In this document: positions 12,200-25,773 of the stretch, in pieces
How positions within the stretch are numbered: position 1 is the stretch's first letter
How the letters are laid out: the number at the start of each line of letters is the position of its first letter
Assembly (NCBI RefSeq): GCF_016432865.1
Contig: NC_067401.1
Location: 113,460,001 to 113,524,000 of the forward strand
Length of the DNA stretch: 64,000 nucleotides
From: Antechinus flavipes
Lineage: Eukaryota
Direction of reading: 5' to 3'
Made by a program: the position numbers and the translations under genes
The notes under the pieces: generated by a model
What the model was told of the DNA's origin: nothing
The model's database searches: none
Seen by the model: the letters and a program-made list of their open reading frames with translations, nothing else

Positions 12200-13479
12200 C
12201 CTAATTAATTCCCAATGACAACAGTATCCAAAATCCTTCCTCAAATTTCTGGCTTTACTCACTCCTTCAGGCAGCCTCCCTCTTGGCATTATTTCCTTCA
12301 TCCAACTTCAGGATGGTAGCGCCCTGGCTCCCACCTCCTAGTAGTTTACAATGCCTGGGTTCCTTGGATTTCCAAACCCACCCATGGCTTTTGACTTAGA
12401 GGCTTGGCATCTAGGATGGTCCAAGTATCCTGGTCAATAATGAATCATAGGGTGGGGGCTGACTATCTTTAAGGGGATTTGAGTAGGGTTCCCTGGGAGT
12501 AGGGGGAGTTGCACACTTGAGTCAAAAATAAGAATAGCAAAACTTTGAAGGGGGACAGGAAGGATTACCCAATCTGTAGCTGATAATCTATTGGATGTCC
12601 ATTAAACCCAGAAATTCTCTCATTTTTATTTCACATGAGCTCCATGCTTGAACCTTTAAGGACAACCAGGCTCACAGTATCTGTAGTTTTTTGACACATT
12701 TGTCAAATTTCTGTTTTGCTCTCTGAGTGTGAAAACCATTAAGCTCCATGAGCTAGAGCTGGCAAGTTACCAAAAAAAGGTGTTTATCTTTTATCTCCCT
12801 CTATAAAGTAACCAGACTTTTTCGTTCCCAGGGAGGTGATTATAATAAAGGTGGAGGGCCTGTGGGCAATGAAGCATTGCAATGCAGTGAGCTCATGATG
12901 GGGAAATACCTGATTAGATCCCGATTAGAGAATCAAGATCTTCCATAGAATCCTAGGAAGTCACCTTTGGGGTTATCTAGTCCAATTGTACAAATGAATG
13001 AGTATCCTGAAGCCCAGGGGAAAAAAAAAAAAAAAAAAAACAGCTTTCCTAAGACCACACAGCAATTAGTGGAAGTAGAAGGGTCAAGATTGGAATTAAT
13101 TTCTCTGATTACAAATCTATTATATCTTAATGCCCCAATGCCCTTTGTCTTTTTGAAGTACAAAAGTGGTTAGGTAGACTGAGCTCTCTATGGAGAATGG
13201 GAAAGTCTAAGCAAGAATCAATTGGGAGCAAGAAGAAATAGTATGGAAGAGAAGAGGAATACCATGGGAAAGAAACAGAAGTAGATAAATGGGAAAAACT
13301 TGAATACTTTTGGAGAGAAAATTGCAGAAAGAAAGGGTGGGCTGGAAAATATAACCAAGCCTCTTAAACTCTGAAGATCATGGTGTGGCTGAACATGGAC
13401 TAAATTCATGCATACAAGTACAGAGAGTTTCTCCCTTCTTCCTTCTTTAATGCTAGAAGACCAAAAAAAGTCATTTTCT

Positions 13480-13965
13480 ATTTTTCTGATTCATTTTTTA
13501 AAAAATATACAAAAAAATTATTTAAAAAACCCCACAATTTTTCTTATGAATCTTATTGGGAGAGAAAAATCAGAACCCAGGATAAAAATCACAAGAGAAA
13601 AAAAAAAAGAAGAAAAAAGAAAAGTGAACATAGCATGTATTGATCTATATTTAGTTTCCATAGTTCTCTTTCTGGATGCAGATGGTGTTTTCCGTTCAAA
13701 CTTCATTGGGATTGCCTTGGATCACTGAATCAGAGAAGAACCAAGTCTTTTATGGTTGATCATCACACAATCTTGCTGTTCCTATGTACAGTGTTTTCCT
13801 GGTTCTGTGTTTCACTCAGCATCAATTTGTGTAAATCTTTCCAGATCTTTCTAAAATCAGGTTGTTCATTATTTTTTATGGAATAGAAATATTCCATTAC
13901 TTGCATATACTATAACTATTCAGCCATTCCCCAATTGATGGACATCTACTCATTTTCCAATAAAG
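13480..13965 (-). mobile_element. LINE-1 3' fragment
   Basis: Reverse-complement L1 3' UTR (gggagagaaaaatcaga...gttgatcatcacacaatcttgctgtt...cagccattccccaattgatggacat). Confidence 0.8.
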
Positions 13966-14298
13966 AAGTCCAACACTAGAATATCTAGTAGTCTGTGTTA
14001 CTACTGGAAACAATTTTTATTGTTCCAGTCATTTTTCAGTTATATATGACTCTTTGTGACCACATTTGGATTTTGTTTTTGTTTTGTTTTGTTTTGTTTT
14101 AGCAAAGATACTGGAGTGATTTGCCATTTTTTCTCTAGCTCATTTTTCAGATGAGAAACCGAGGCAAATAGAGTTAAATGATTTGCCCAAGATCATTCAA
14201 CTAGTGAGATCTGAGGCTGGCTTTGAACTCATGAAGATGAGCCTTCCTGAATCCAGGGACCTAGCTACCCCTCAGGGAATAATGCAGCCTCTAAATAG

Positions 14299-14400
14299 AA
14301 ACAGGTTCAAGAATGGTTAGAGAAATGACTCATAGTGAGTTCCGACAGGAAATTCATGAGACAGTGAAATATGATTGGTCCACAAGCAGGAAACCAGAGT
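14299..14400. promoter_or_regulatory. Candidate keratinocyte enhancer (GRHL + AP-1 + ETS motifs) upstream of SPRR4
   Basis: AAACAGGTT 14299-14307, TGACTCA 14326-14332 and CAGGAAAT 14346-14353, in non-repeat-looking sequence between SINEs. Confidence 0.4.
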
Positions 14401-16399
14401 TTCTCATCCTGGCCCTGCCACTGTGTGACTTTGGTAGGGTCATGTCACTTCTCTGTCTCTCAATCTCTTCATTTCTAATAAGAGTTTCTGATTTGGAGTT
14501 TGTGAATTTGTTGGACTATTTATTAAATACTTTGTAACTGTATTCAGCTGTAATTGGTTTTCTTTATATATGTTTCCTATGTATTTTATTGTGTACATTT
14601 AAAAACATTATTCTGAAAAAGGTACATCAGCCTCACCAGCTGATACCAAAATGTCTAGGACATAGAAAAGAATCCCTGATCAGTAAGATTTCTTTCTGCT
14701 CTAAAATGTGATAATCCTAAATTAAAGGCAGCAAGGGAATATCTCTAACCTTTGTAAGCAGACTTCAGTGGGATAAATGGCCCCTACTAGAAGAATGTTC
14801 CTACCCCCATCTAACTTTGGTAATTTTTATGATCTTTCCCTCCCCCAAGAATTTCACTGTATCAAGGGCTACTCAGCCCTCCTAGTTCTCTTCCCTCCCC
14901 TTTCCCAGCACATATACATAAGCAAATGTTTCAATAAATGTTTGGTATCTATGTCTTCCCTCCCCCTTTCCCCTTTCTCCTTGTTTCAGTGATTGTTTGG
15001 TCTAATTAGGTCTACACCAAAGACCAATATTTGTCAATTGAATGGATATATAGAAGTGAGGGAGGGTAAAGGGTTGAGGATAATACCAGGTTGCAAATTC
15101 TGGAAGGATGCGTATTTTCAACAGATAAAAGAAAAGTTGAAAGAGATTTGTATTAGGGTCAGAATTCAGATGGCCTTGGAATCTAGAAGCCCTATTAATA
15201 GGTTTTAATTAGCAAGGGAAAAAATCTTAATTATGGGATAGATAGCACATGGTCCTCTGAAGAACAGAATTCTGATTCTTTTTCTGACATGGACTTCCCA
15301 AATATTCTCAGTGGACTCCTTTTCTCAGACTCAGTTCTCCGATTAGCTAGACTTTTATCTATTTCTGATCGCAGGTGAATGATTTATTGCCATCAGAACA
15401 CCTTCCAATTTTCTTCCTCTATAGACATTCTTACATAAGAAATGAAGAGACACACAGATCATCATTGCCATCATCTTCAATAGTTAATATGAAATGATCC
15501 CTGGGGAATGATGCAAGATACTTGATTAGACTCTCATTTTGTCTCTTTCTCCAGTATATTTATATTGGAGAATTCAATTCATTTAAACAAATTGTTATTA
15601 AGCTCCTCTTACATGCCAGGTACTGTGCTAAGTACTAGGGATACAAGACCAAAAAAACAGAATGTCAGTCTCTACCTTCAAGGAGTTTATATCTTATTAT
15701 AGAGAAACAATCATGTATACAGATGAATGTGTACATATGTGTGTATATGTGTGTGCATATATGTCCATCTACATAAATGTATATGTTTACATATACATAT
15801 ATGTCACACATATAATATAATAAAGAAAATTTAGAGTGGGATTGACTAACAACTGGGAGAATTATGAAAGGCCTTAAGTTGGTAGCACTTAAAATTGAAC
15901 CATGAAGTGAGCTTAGGGGCAACAGGCATTTATTATGGTCCCCAGCTTGGGGAAGATAGAAATTTCTAAAAGTTAGAATGCTAAGCAGAATTGGGGAGAT
16001 TTTGTATAGTGGGGTAAGGAAAGAAAACAAGGTTGACTATATTATTTTATTTAGAAAACCCTGAGGTTCTATCAATCTCTCCTTTTCCATACCCACATCT
16101 ACATTTCCAGAGCAAACTGGAACTGATCTCCCCAGCATCTTTTTTGTTCTTTAATTTTTAATTAATTGTTTTATTTTTTCTAATGATAAATATATATTAA
16201 CTTTTTAGTACACATTTCTTTATGAATTTTGTTGGGAGAGAAAAATCAAAGCAAAAGGGAAAAATCATGAAAAAAAAATGAAGTGAACATAGCACATGTT
16301 GATTTACATTCAATCTCCATAGTTCTCTTTCTGGACCAGCATCTTCTTTCTTTTAGCCTGATTGCCCTGAACTCAACTATCTGGGTAAGTAAATTGGAG

Positions 16400-17660
16400 T
16401 TAATAAATCAATAAACATCCAAAAGGTAGATACTCTGTGCTCACTATGTGTTTGTGTTATAGCAGATGATGAGACAAATAAATCATAATCTCCGCCTGGT
16501 CTAGTTTGGGAGATATGGAAAGCATTTACACGTGAAAAATTAACTAAAAACATATGTTCTGATTAAGTAATCAATTAAGAACTCAGAGGAAGGACAGAGA
16601 GATCACTGTCATCATGAGAGGCTTCATGGAACGAAGCAATATGACTTCCCCTGGATGTAGAATTTAGTCAGAAAAAAAATGAGAGGGAAGAAATTTGCAT
16701 TGGAAGGCAGAATAATTGTGTGAACTATGTATGCAACATGTTTTGGAAAGAGTGAATAGACCAGCTTGACTGGAGAGTTCATGGTGGGAAGCAGTGCCTG
16801 ATGAATAATTTTTTTTAAATAAATTATAGTCAATAGTGGAAGGCTTTGAACATCACAGTAATGGATTTGCGTTTTATTCTATAGACAGCCATTGAAGGAT
16901 GAATAGCAAAGAAATGACTTCATAAAAGTGGTCTATTAGGAAGATTAACCAGGCACAGGTGTCACATGGACTGGAAACTTGGGAAGAGACTGGAATATTT
17001 AGTCTGAAAGAGAAAATGCCATGGTGCTTTCAAAGATTTGAATGTCTTTCCTATGCAAAGCTTGCTCCCAGAAAAAAAAAAATAGGTAAAAATGTGAATT
17101 CGGTAAATCTTGGCTCCAAATCAAGAAAGATGTCTTAAGAAGAAGGCTTCAAAAAATGGTATTGTGTGCCTGTTTGTGAATGTAGACTGTATAACCACTT
17201 TATATGGAAATTTAGGGTCGGTTCATGTTCAAGTACAGATTAGTTACATGATTTTTGAAGACCTTTATTATTTTGAGATTCCATCACTCGCTGATCAGTG
17301 ACCAGGGAGATCAGTGAAGAAGTGATTTTTCTATTTTAGATTTTAAGGAATAAGTTCCTTTACCAGAGAGGTAGCAGCAGGAATATAGAGGAAGTGATTT
17401 GAAGTGAAAAGATATTGTGATAGAAGAATTGACATGAGTCATGATTGATTGAATATGGAAAGAGAGAGACAAAAATAATAGATATTTAAATGTTGGCTGA
17501 TTGGAAGAACAATAATGTTTTGACCAGAAATAAGGATGTCAGAAGGAACTAGAGTAGGAATGGAGAAGATAATGAGTTTAGGCTTGTACATGTTGATTTC
17601 AAGGTGTCCATAGGACACCCACATTGAAACATCTAATTGACTGTAATTCCAGAGAATCCA
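16400..17660 (-). mobile_element. Ancient LINE-2 fragments
   Basis: Purine-rich antisense L2 motifs (ggctttgaa...ggatttgcgttttattctatag...ttaggcttgtacatgttgatttcaaggtgtc). Confidence 0.55.
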
Positions 17661-19906
17661 CCAAACAGAATATTCACTCCTGGCTCTTAGAGCATTGATC
17701 CTAAATAAATGGATATATGAATGAATGAATGAATAAAGCATTTATTAAATATTTGCTATGTGCAAAACACTATCCTAATCAAAGGCTGAGAATACAAATA
17801 TAAAATGAAGGCAATCCTTGTCTTGATTCAAGGAGCTTAGGTTCTAATGAAGGATGATACCATATGGAGGAAGTGGCAACCTGGCAGGGCTATTTTCATT
17901 TGGAAATATACTGGAATGTTAAGTGGAGTCACTTTAGATAAGAAGAGTGTTCAACAAATTCTCTCTAGCAACAACAGCAGTATTTAATTTATTATGGTTC
18001 TAGAATTTGGAAATTTGAAGGGGTTGGGGAGAGATACCTTGAAAAAGGTAGGCAAAAGATACAAATATGGCAGCAGGCTAGGGAGAAAGCAGAGTAAGAT
18101 AAAATATAGCAGGGGATGGCTTAAATATAGAGGATGATAATTGAAAGATTACTCTGGATTTCTCTACGCATGGAATATTAAAAAGTGGGGATAACCAAGT
18201 TCTCCATCCTGAGACACAGAGTTTAGATGGGGAGCTGTTATGAGATCAAGCCAAGGAGCCACTGACAGTATTCAAATCTTCATAAACCTAGGTCTCCTCT
18301 ATTGAAGTGGGCTTAATCTGTAGCCCATATGTAAGAGGGAACTGGAGGATTGGTAAGGCAGTAAGGGATAAAGTAACCCTTCCATCTCCCTTCTTCCTGG
18401 AGATCTTGGAATGACAGAGAAGCTGATTGTTGCACTAGTATGAGGAAGGAAAGATACTTCTTGTCCTTCCACCCCCCCAACTTTATGGGGACCAGCATCA
18501 GATGCTGCACCTGTCATTCTGTACATCTGCATGGCACACACTTTGACTCATAGGATAACCCCACCTATGGCACAACCAAGGTCTGCCTCCCTTGCAGCCT
18601 TCTTCCTGGTCAGAAGTGACTTAACCAGTTCATAGGACAATGGGATCTTAGACTTGGAAAGCATTTCAGAACACAAATCTTCCTTTCTATCTGAGAGGGT
18701 CTCCTCTATAACTCCTCTGATTAGGTCTTCAACTTCTGCTCCAACAGCTCCATAAATGAGAGGATGAGAGGGAAACAATTTCTTCACAAGACAGTCCATT
18801 TTCACTGTGCCATAACCATGGATTTTAGAAATAGAAGTGGCGCAAGAAGCCATCCTATCCAATCCCCATTTATTATAAATGAGGAAACTGAGGCACGAAA
18901 CATTTAAGTCACTTACTCAAGGTGACAAGCCTGGATTCAAGCATAAGCTTGACCATTTGCTAGATGTGTAACCTTAGGGAAGTAACCAAATTTTTCTGAA
19001 CCTCAGTTTCCTTGCCTATAAATTTGAAGTGAGGAATAGCATGTAATAGTGAGTCAACTTCAGAGTCAGGATTATCTATGATTAAGTCCTTCTCCCTCTG
19101 ACACTTGTTGGTAGTGTGACCCTGGGAAGCACAAAAGTTCTCAGTGTATCAGGCAACTCTTTCAGCCTCTCTAGGAGAACAGGTATTGATTTGCACTAGC
19201 AGATGGAATTTTTCACTGAGAGTTCCTTGAACAAATGAAGTCTAGTAAAACAATAATAATAATAATAATATGGATTATATGAACATGGATAAACATACAT
19301 TATTGATTTCATGAGGCTGTTTTCAGGAAAGCAGTTTACAATTTTAAAGCATATTTAAAACTTTCAGGTCAACGGCTGTGTCCACAAATAGGAAGATACT
19401 ACTCAGAAACACTTCCCCTCACTACTGCCCCCTTAGTGATTAGAAAAAGTTAGACTCTTTTGCCCAGAAGAAGTAGAGAATTCACCAACCACCCCTTGTT
19501 ACTGGGCCAAGGTACTAGGAGTTTTGCATCCCTAACGCAGGGAACTCCTAAGAATTCCAACCAAGGAATACCCAGTCCAGCTGATGATTGAAGCTGGGCT
19601 ATGAATGCTTGGAAGTCCATACTCCAGATGATGATAATAAAAAAGAACTTCTCTACTCTCTACCAAATTATTTTATTTCCTTCTTTATATATTATCCAAT
19701 TAGAGGCCAAAAACTTCCTCATGCTTGCTTTCTTCCTCTGCCCCCCCCCATTTCCCTTCTAAGATTTTATGATGATTTCTTGTTTTCTGTCTCCGTTTTT
19801 CCCTCTTTTAAAAAAATTTTGATTTCAGTTCCAAATTCTTTCCCTCTTTCCATCCCTTCCCCCATCCATTGAGAAGACAAAAAATAAGCTCTTGAGGAGG
19901 CTTCTT

Positions 19907-20246
19907 TTTTTTTATTAAAGCTTTTTCTTTTCAAAACATATACATAGGTAATTTTGAGCAATTCACCCTTGCAAAACCTTGTGTTCCAAATTTTTTCTCC
20001 TTCCCTTTCTCCCATCCCCTCCCCTAGATGGCAAGTAATCCAATATATGTTAAACGTGTACAATTCTTCTATACAAATTTCCACAATTATCATGCTGCAC
20101 AAGAAAAATCAGATCAAAAAGAAAAAATAAGAAAGAAAACAAAATGCAAGCAAACAACAGCAAAAAAGTGAAAATACTATGTTGTGATCTACATTGAGTC
20201 CCCACAGTCCTCTCTCTGAGCACAGATGGATCGCTTCATCACAAGA
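19907..20246 (-). mobile_element. 5'-truncated LINE-1 3' end with 14-bp TSD
   Basis: Flanks tgaggaggcttctt (19893-19906) and tgaggatgcttctt (20247-20260); poly-T at the left end. Confidence 0.85.
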
Positions 20247-21479
20247 TGAGGATGCTTCTTAATAGAATCAAAGAATTGAATAGACATCAGTAGCTATCTA
20301 CTAGTCCAACCTCTATCTGAAGAGAAATCTCTTCTACAAATATCTCTTATTGAGCCTCAACTAGAAGAACTCCTAGAAACTTCTGAATCAGATGAACCTC
20401 CTGAGTCAATCCATTCATTCTACTTTTGGACAATTCATAGCGTTCTGAAATTTTCCTCGTATGAAGATGAAATGTGTTAATCTAGAATGTTTGCCAGTCT
20501 TGCCTTCTAGGACTAAGTAACATGAATCTATTACCCTCCTGTACCTGGCTAATATTTGAATTTTCAAATACTTGAATCAACCAATCATTTATCAATTACC
20601 AATTATGTGCCAGAACTCTACTAGATTTGGAGTATGTACATTGTTATTTAATTATTTCAGTCATGTCCAGCTTTTTGTGATCCCATTTGGGGTTTTCTTG
20701 GCAAAGATATTGGAGCAATTTTTCATTTCCTTCTCCAGCTCATTTGATAGATGAGGAAACTGAAGCAAAGTTTGCTCAGGGTTACAAAGCTAGTAAATGT
20801 CTGAGCCAGATTTGAAATCAGGTTCTCCTGACTCGAGGACAGGCACTCTATCTATGGGGTATATACTACAAAGAATGAAATAATTCTTAGATTCAAGAAG
20901 CTTATATTGTATCAGGAAAAAAATAATATGTACAGATATAAGTATATTCAGAATAAGTATAAAGGTATTTAGAAAAGGGGAAGAGGAGGAACAAAAAAGT
21001 CTTCATGTAGAAGGTAGTATTTTAAGCTGTGTTTTGAAGGAATTGAGAGAATCTATGAAGTAGAAGTGAGGAGTCTGGCATTTTAAGTGTGAGGAAAAAT
21101 CTGGAAAAAGACAAAGAAAGGAGATGGAATGAGGAAGAAAGAAAAGTTTGGCTGGAACCCAAATTTCAGGAAGAGGAAAAGAGTTATCCTAACCCACTAA
21201 ATATTTCTTTTCCAGGACAAATTTTCTTAGCATCTACTAGAATGGAGTTAGGGAAAGAAAATTTATCGGTGAAAAAATAAAAATAAAGCATTTCAGTAAG
21301 TATTTAAGCTCTTTAAATAGAAAGGCGTGGAGAGGAATATATCTTGCCCTCAAGGGATCTCTAAAGGGAGAGAGCATACAAATAACTATATATAACAAGA
21401 TATTGATAGACACATATATGTGGATATATTTATAAACACATACATACACATGATGGAAAGTAGTCATAGAGGGAAGGTA

Positions 21480-22960
21480 TTAACAACATAGAGAAAGAAA
21501 GTAGGAAAAGCTTCTTACTGAAGTAGTGTTTGAACTGAATCTTCCAGAAAGCCAGGCATACTGGAAGTGAAGGAGAGGAGGAAAAACATTCCAGATCTGG
21601 AGGACAGTCAGTATCATGTGAAAGAAATCACACTTCCTCTTAACCAATGTCACTGGATTTTAGGGTGCATGGGAAGGCGTAAAATATAAGAAAACAGGAA
21701 GTCTGGGAAGGGATGAAATTGTAAAGCATTTAAAATGCCAAACAGATGATTTGATATTTTATTCTAGAGGTAATAGAGGGACCACTGTAGTATATTGAAT
21801 GTATATGTATGGATATGAGGGAATAAGATATGGTCAGAGTTACAGTAATTTAGGAAAATCACTATAGCAGCTAAGAAGAGAGTGGATTGGAGTGAGAAGG
21901 GCCATAAGGCAAAGGACCAACCAAAAGACGGTTGTAATAATGCAAGTATACTGGGATAGAGGCTTGTGCCATGGCAGTGGCTCTGTAACTGGAGAGATAA
22001 ATGTAGAAAGGACAATATTTGAAAGCAGATTGAAATGTGGAGTGACAGTGAGAAAGTGAGGTTGACACCAAGGTTGTGAGTCTGGGTAACTGAAAGATGA
22101 TGGTACCCTCAACAGAATTAGGGGGGTTCAAAAAGGGGAGATGAGTAATTTGGAGAAATATTCTGCTCTATTTGGGTCATGTTGTCCCATGTATGGGACA
22201 TCCATTTGGAAATGTCTAAAAAGTATCTCGTGATGCAAGACTAGAGATCAGGGAAAAAATGGAGTTGGAGATATAGACATAGGAATAATATGTAGGAATG
22301 AAACAAACTCATTAGAGCAAATGCAATCACCAAGTCCGATGTAAGAGGAGAAAAGAGTCAAAGGCAGAGCCTTAGAAGATACCCACAGTTAGTGAGTATA
22401 ACCTGGACAAAGATCTAGGCCAAAAAAAAAAGACTGAGAAGAGGTTCTCTCAGGTAAAAGAAGAGCTACAAAAGAGCACTGTTATAAAAATCCAGAGAGA
22501 AGAGAGTATGATCAATGGTGCTAGAGCCTGGAAGAAAGATAAAGATTGAGAAAGTAGATTTGGAAAGTAAAAGATTTCTGTCAGCTTTAGAAAGAGGGGG
22601 TTTCAGCTGCATGATGAAGTCAGAATGTACAAGTTTTAGAAGCAAAGGAGAGGAGAGGAAGCAGATTTGTTCAAAGAGTTTAGCTTAAAAGGTGAAGATA
22701 GATGAATGACAGCTAACAATGATGATTGGATCAAATAAGGTGTTGTGGTTTTGTTTTTTTTTTTTTTAAGATGGGGCAGATATGCTTGTATGAAGCAGGG
22801 AATAAGCCAGTAGACAAGGAAAGATGGAAGATAAGAGAGAGTGGCAGTGATAGTTGGAGCATGGTGTGGTATAGTTGAAGTATACTGTTTGAATGATGTG
22901 AGATGAAGAAAAGAAGCAAATTAAAAGAACTCTGAGATATCCCTCATCAAGGTGACAAAA
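21480..22960 (-). mobile_element. Ancient LINE-2 fragment
   Basis: Long purine-rich antisense L2 tract (gtaaagcatttaaaatgccaaacagatgatttgatatt...gatgacaccaagg-like motifs). Confidence 0.65.
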
Positions 22961-22995
22961 AAAATGACAAATGCTAAAAGAGCTATGGAAAAACA

Positions 22996-23810
22996 ATTAC
23001 TTTAATAGTTGGTGGAGCTATGAACTGGTCCACCCATTCTGGATAACAATTTGGAACTATTTCCCCAAAGCAATCAAGTTGAAAACATAAACAAAGCATA
23101 CCATTGAACCCTGAAATGCTATTAGGTCTATTTCCTACTGGAAAGGAATATATTGAAGAAAGAGGAAAGGGTCCATGTGTATAAAATATTCATGGAAGGT
23201 TTTTTGTTTTTGGGTTTTGGGTTTGTTTGGGCTTTTTTTTTTAAATATCAAACAATTGAAAATGGAGAGGATGCCCATCAATTGGGGAATGGCTGAAAAA
23301 AATTATGATATATGAAAGTGATGAAATAACATTGTGCTATAAGGAATTCATAGGAAATGATTTCAAAACAACCACTACCACCTGGGAATACTTGCATGAA
23401 TTGATGCAAAGTAAAATTAGCAGAACAAAAAAAATTACACAATAACAAAAATACTATAAAGACAATTTTGAAAGACTTAGGAATTCTGTTCAAAAGAATG
23501 ATTAACTCCAAATTCCAAAGGACTCATGATTAAAAAATGATCTCAATATATATGTGTGTATATATATATATATATACTTATTTCTAAAGGGTTTTATTTT
23601 TCTTGACTTCTCAATGGGTGGATATGGAAGAAAGAATGTGCAGCTGAAAAATTGGGTCTGAAATAAATTTAAATGTACTTTTAAAAAAGCTGTATATAAC
23701 ACAAATTCATATTACCACACAAATCATTTTTTCCTGCTCTTTTTATGTGGAAATGTTCAAATTTGTTGAAGTTTGTCAAATTCATCATTTAAAAAAAAAG
23801 AAAATTTAGG
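22996..23810 (+). mobile_element. Older LINE-1 3' fragment
   Basis: ggagctatgaactggtcc...attctggataacaatttggaactat...gatgcccatcaattggggaatggctgaa, the ORF2-end signature. Confidence 0.75.
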
Positions 23811-24039
23811 GGGGAAATGAAGAGTAGCATCATAGCAGCTATTACAAACCTTATGATGTCTCCTCAAGTCTCCCATAGTACCTTCTTTACCCATGCTCTG
23901 CACCTGCTCCATTCCCATCCTGTATTCTTAGAGGGTTAACTTAGGGGTAGGGAAAGATTCAATGCCCTTCCCAGCCAAAATATGTCAGAATCAGGACTAA
24001 TCCAGGTCCTCCTGACTTTAAGGTTCTGGTCTGTCTCTT

Positions 24040-24369
24040 TGTCTCTCTTTGCCTCTCCCTCTCTCTCTCTCTCTTCCTCTCTCTTTTTTCCTCCCTCCTC
24101 CTCTCTCTCTCTCTCTGTCTCTGTGTTTCTCTCTGTCTGTCTTTGTCTCTGAGTCTTGGTTTTTCTTTCTCTGTCTCTGTCTCTATCTCTGTTCCTCTGT
24201 ATCTATCTCTATGTCTCTTTCTCTGTGTGTGTGTGTGTATGTATCTATCTCTGTTTCTGGGTCTTGGTCTTTCTTTCTCTTTGTGTCTCTGTCACTATCT
24301 CTCTCTATCTCTGTTCCTCTGTATCTATCTCTATGTCTATATGTATCTGTGTCTCTGTCTCCCTATCTC
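24040..24369. repeat. Degenerate (CT)n/(CTGT)n/(GT)n low-complexity tract running into a gap
   Basis: Direct reading. Confidence 0.95.
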
Positions 24370-25484
24370 NNNNNNNNNNNNNNNNNNNNNNNNNNNNNNN
24401 NNNNNNNNNNNNNNNNNNNNNNNNNNNNNNNNNNNNNNNNNNNNNNNNNNNNNNNNNNNNNNNNNNNNNNNNNNNNNNNNNNNNNNNNNNNNNNNNNNNN
24501 NNNNNNNNNNNNNNNNNNNNNNNNNATTTATATATCCCCACATACTCTTCATTCAATGGGAAATGTTAAGAATAAAGTGTTCCATGTTAAACCATAGAAT
24601 TGTGAAGTGTTAAAACTAGGAACAACTTTAGGGCTCATCCCTATCCCAGGTCTGTGGTAGGAGGCAGAGGAGAACACAGGTGGCTTTTCTCTCAGCCTCC
24701 CCCTCCTTCCCCACACACACCCTTCAGCTGGGCCAGTAAGAAAAAAGGCCCCATCTCCACCAGGAGAACAGGTGACGCTGTTTCCTCCTCACCTGTGAGA
24801 GCTTGTCTTTGGAAGTGAGAAATCCATCATCTGGTTCTCAGTAAGGGTGTGTCAGATATTACACGTGTGCCCCTGGATCCTTTTACACACATAAGCAAAC
24901 ATGCTCTGAACTCCACCTTTATGAAGCACTCCTGTCTGCAGAATCCCTTCATACCAGATCCAAAAGAGATTACCAAAAGAGAGAAAAATCAATCAACAGA
25001 TACAAATTGAGCATGTACTTAAACACTGTTAGGCAATTAGATAAAGTATAACTCATAATTTTTCCCTCAAAGGGTTTATAGTCAGGAGTTTGCTGGAGCC
25101 AGCTCATGATAGCTCTGAATAACTGTTAAATTTCATTTTACATCTTGGAAATTAACCAAATACTACAAATCAGAGCTATACCTATTGTTTTGCTGATTGA
25201 ACTTTTAAAAAAGTGAGAAAATGTTAATAACTCAGATTAAACTTTAAAGTGTACTGAGAACACTTTTTTCTCCAAAGCACTGGTTGTTAAACATTATTTA
25301 CTGTTCACAACTAATGGATGGAAACCAAAGTGACTGAATATGGATTCAATATTTTTTGGTAAGAAAACTTTTCCATTGAAGGTGAGAGATCAAAATTGGG
25401 AGTAGGAGTTTGAGGAGACCAAAAAAAGTGTAAAAGAATTCCTTCAAAGGATAAGGCTAGAAGCATGGAAAAATAAGAAGTTCT

Positions 25485-25773
25485 ACTGGGAAATGAATAT
25501 AAACTGCTTGCATTTTTGTTTTTCTTCCCAGGTTATTTATACCTTCTGAATCCAATTCTCCCTGTGCAACAAGAAAAATGTTCGGTTCCACACACATATA
25601 TTGTATCTAAGATATACTGTAACCTATTCAACATGTAAAGGACCGCTTGTCATCTGGGGGAGGGAGTGGAGGAGGGAAGGGAAAAATCGGAACAGAAGTG
25701 AGTGCAAGGAATGATGTTGTAAAAAATTACCCTGGCATGGGTTCTATCAATAAAAAGTTATTTAAAAAAATAA
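25485..25773 (+). mobile_element. Young 5'-truncated LINE-1 3' end with perfect 17-bp TSD
   Basis: gaaaaataagaagttct occurs at both 25468-25484 and 25774-25790. The insert ends AATAAAAAGTTATTTAAAAAAA. Confidence 0.85.

Noticed and set aside
18548-18862. 104-aa ORF with protein-like composition
   Set aside because: Its 5' end lies in a MIR, I recognise no family, and there is no splice or promoter context. A BLAST search would settle it.
24049-24613. Long ORFs of 137-182 aa
   Set aside because: Low-complexity CT/GT repeats read through an N gap.
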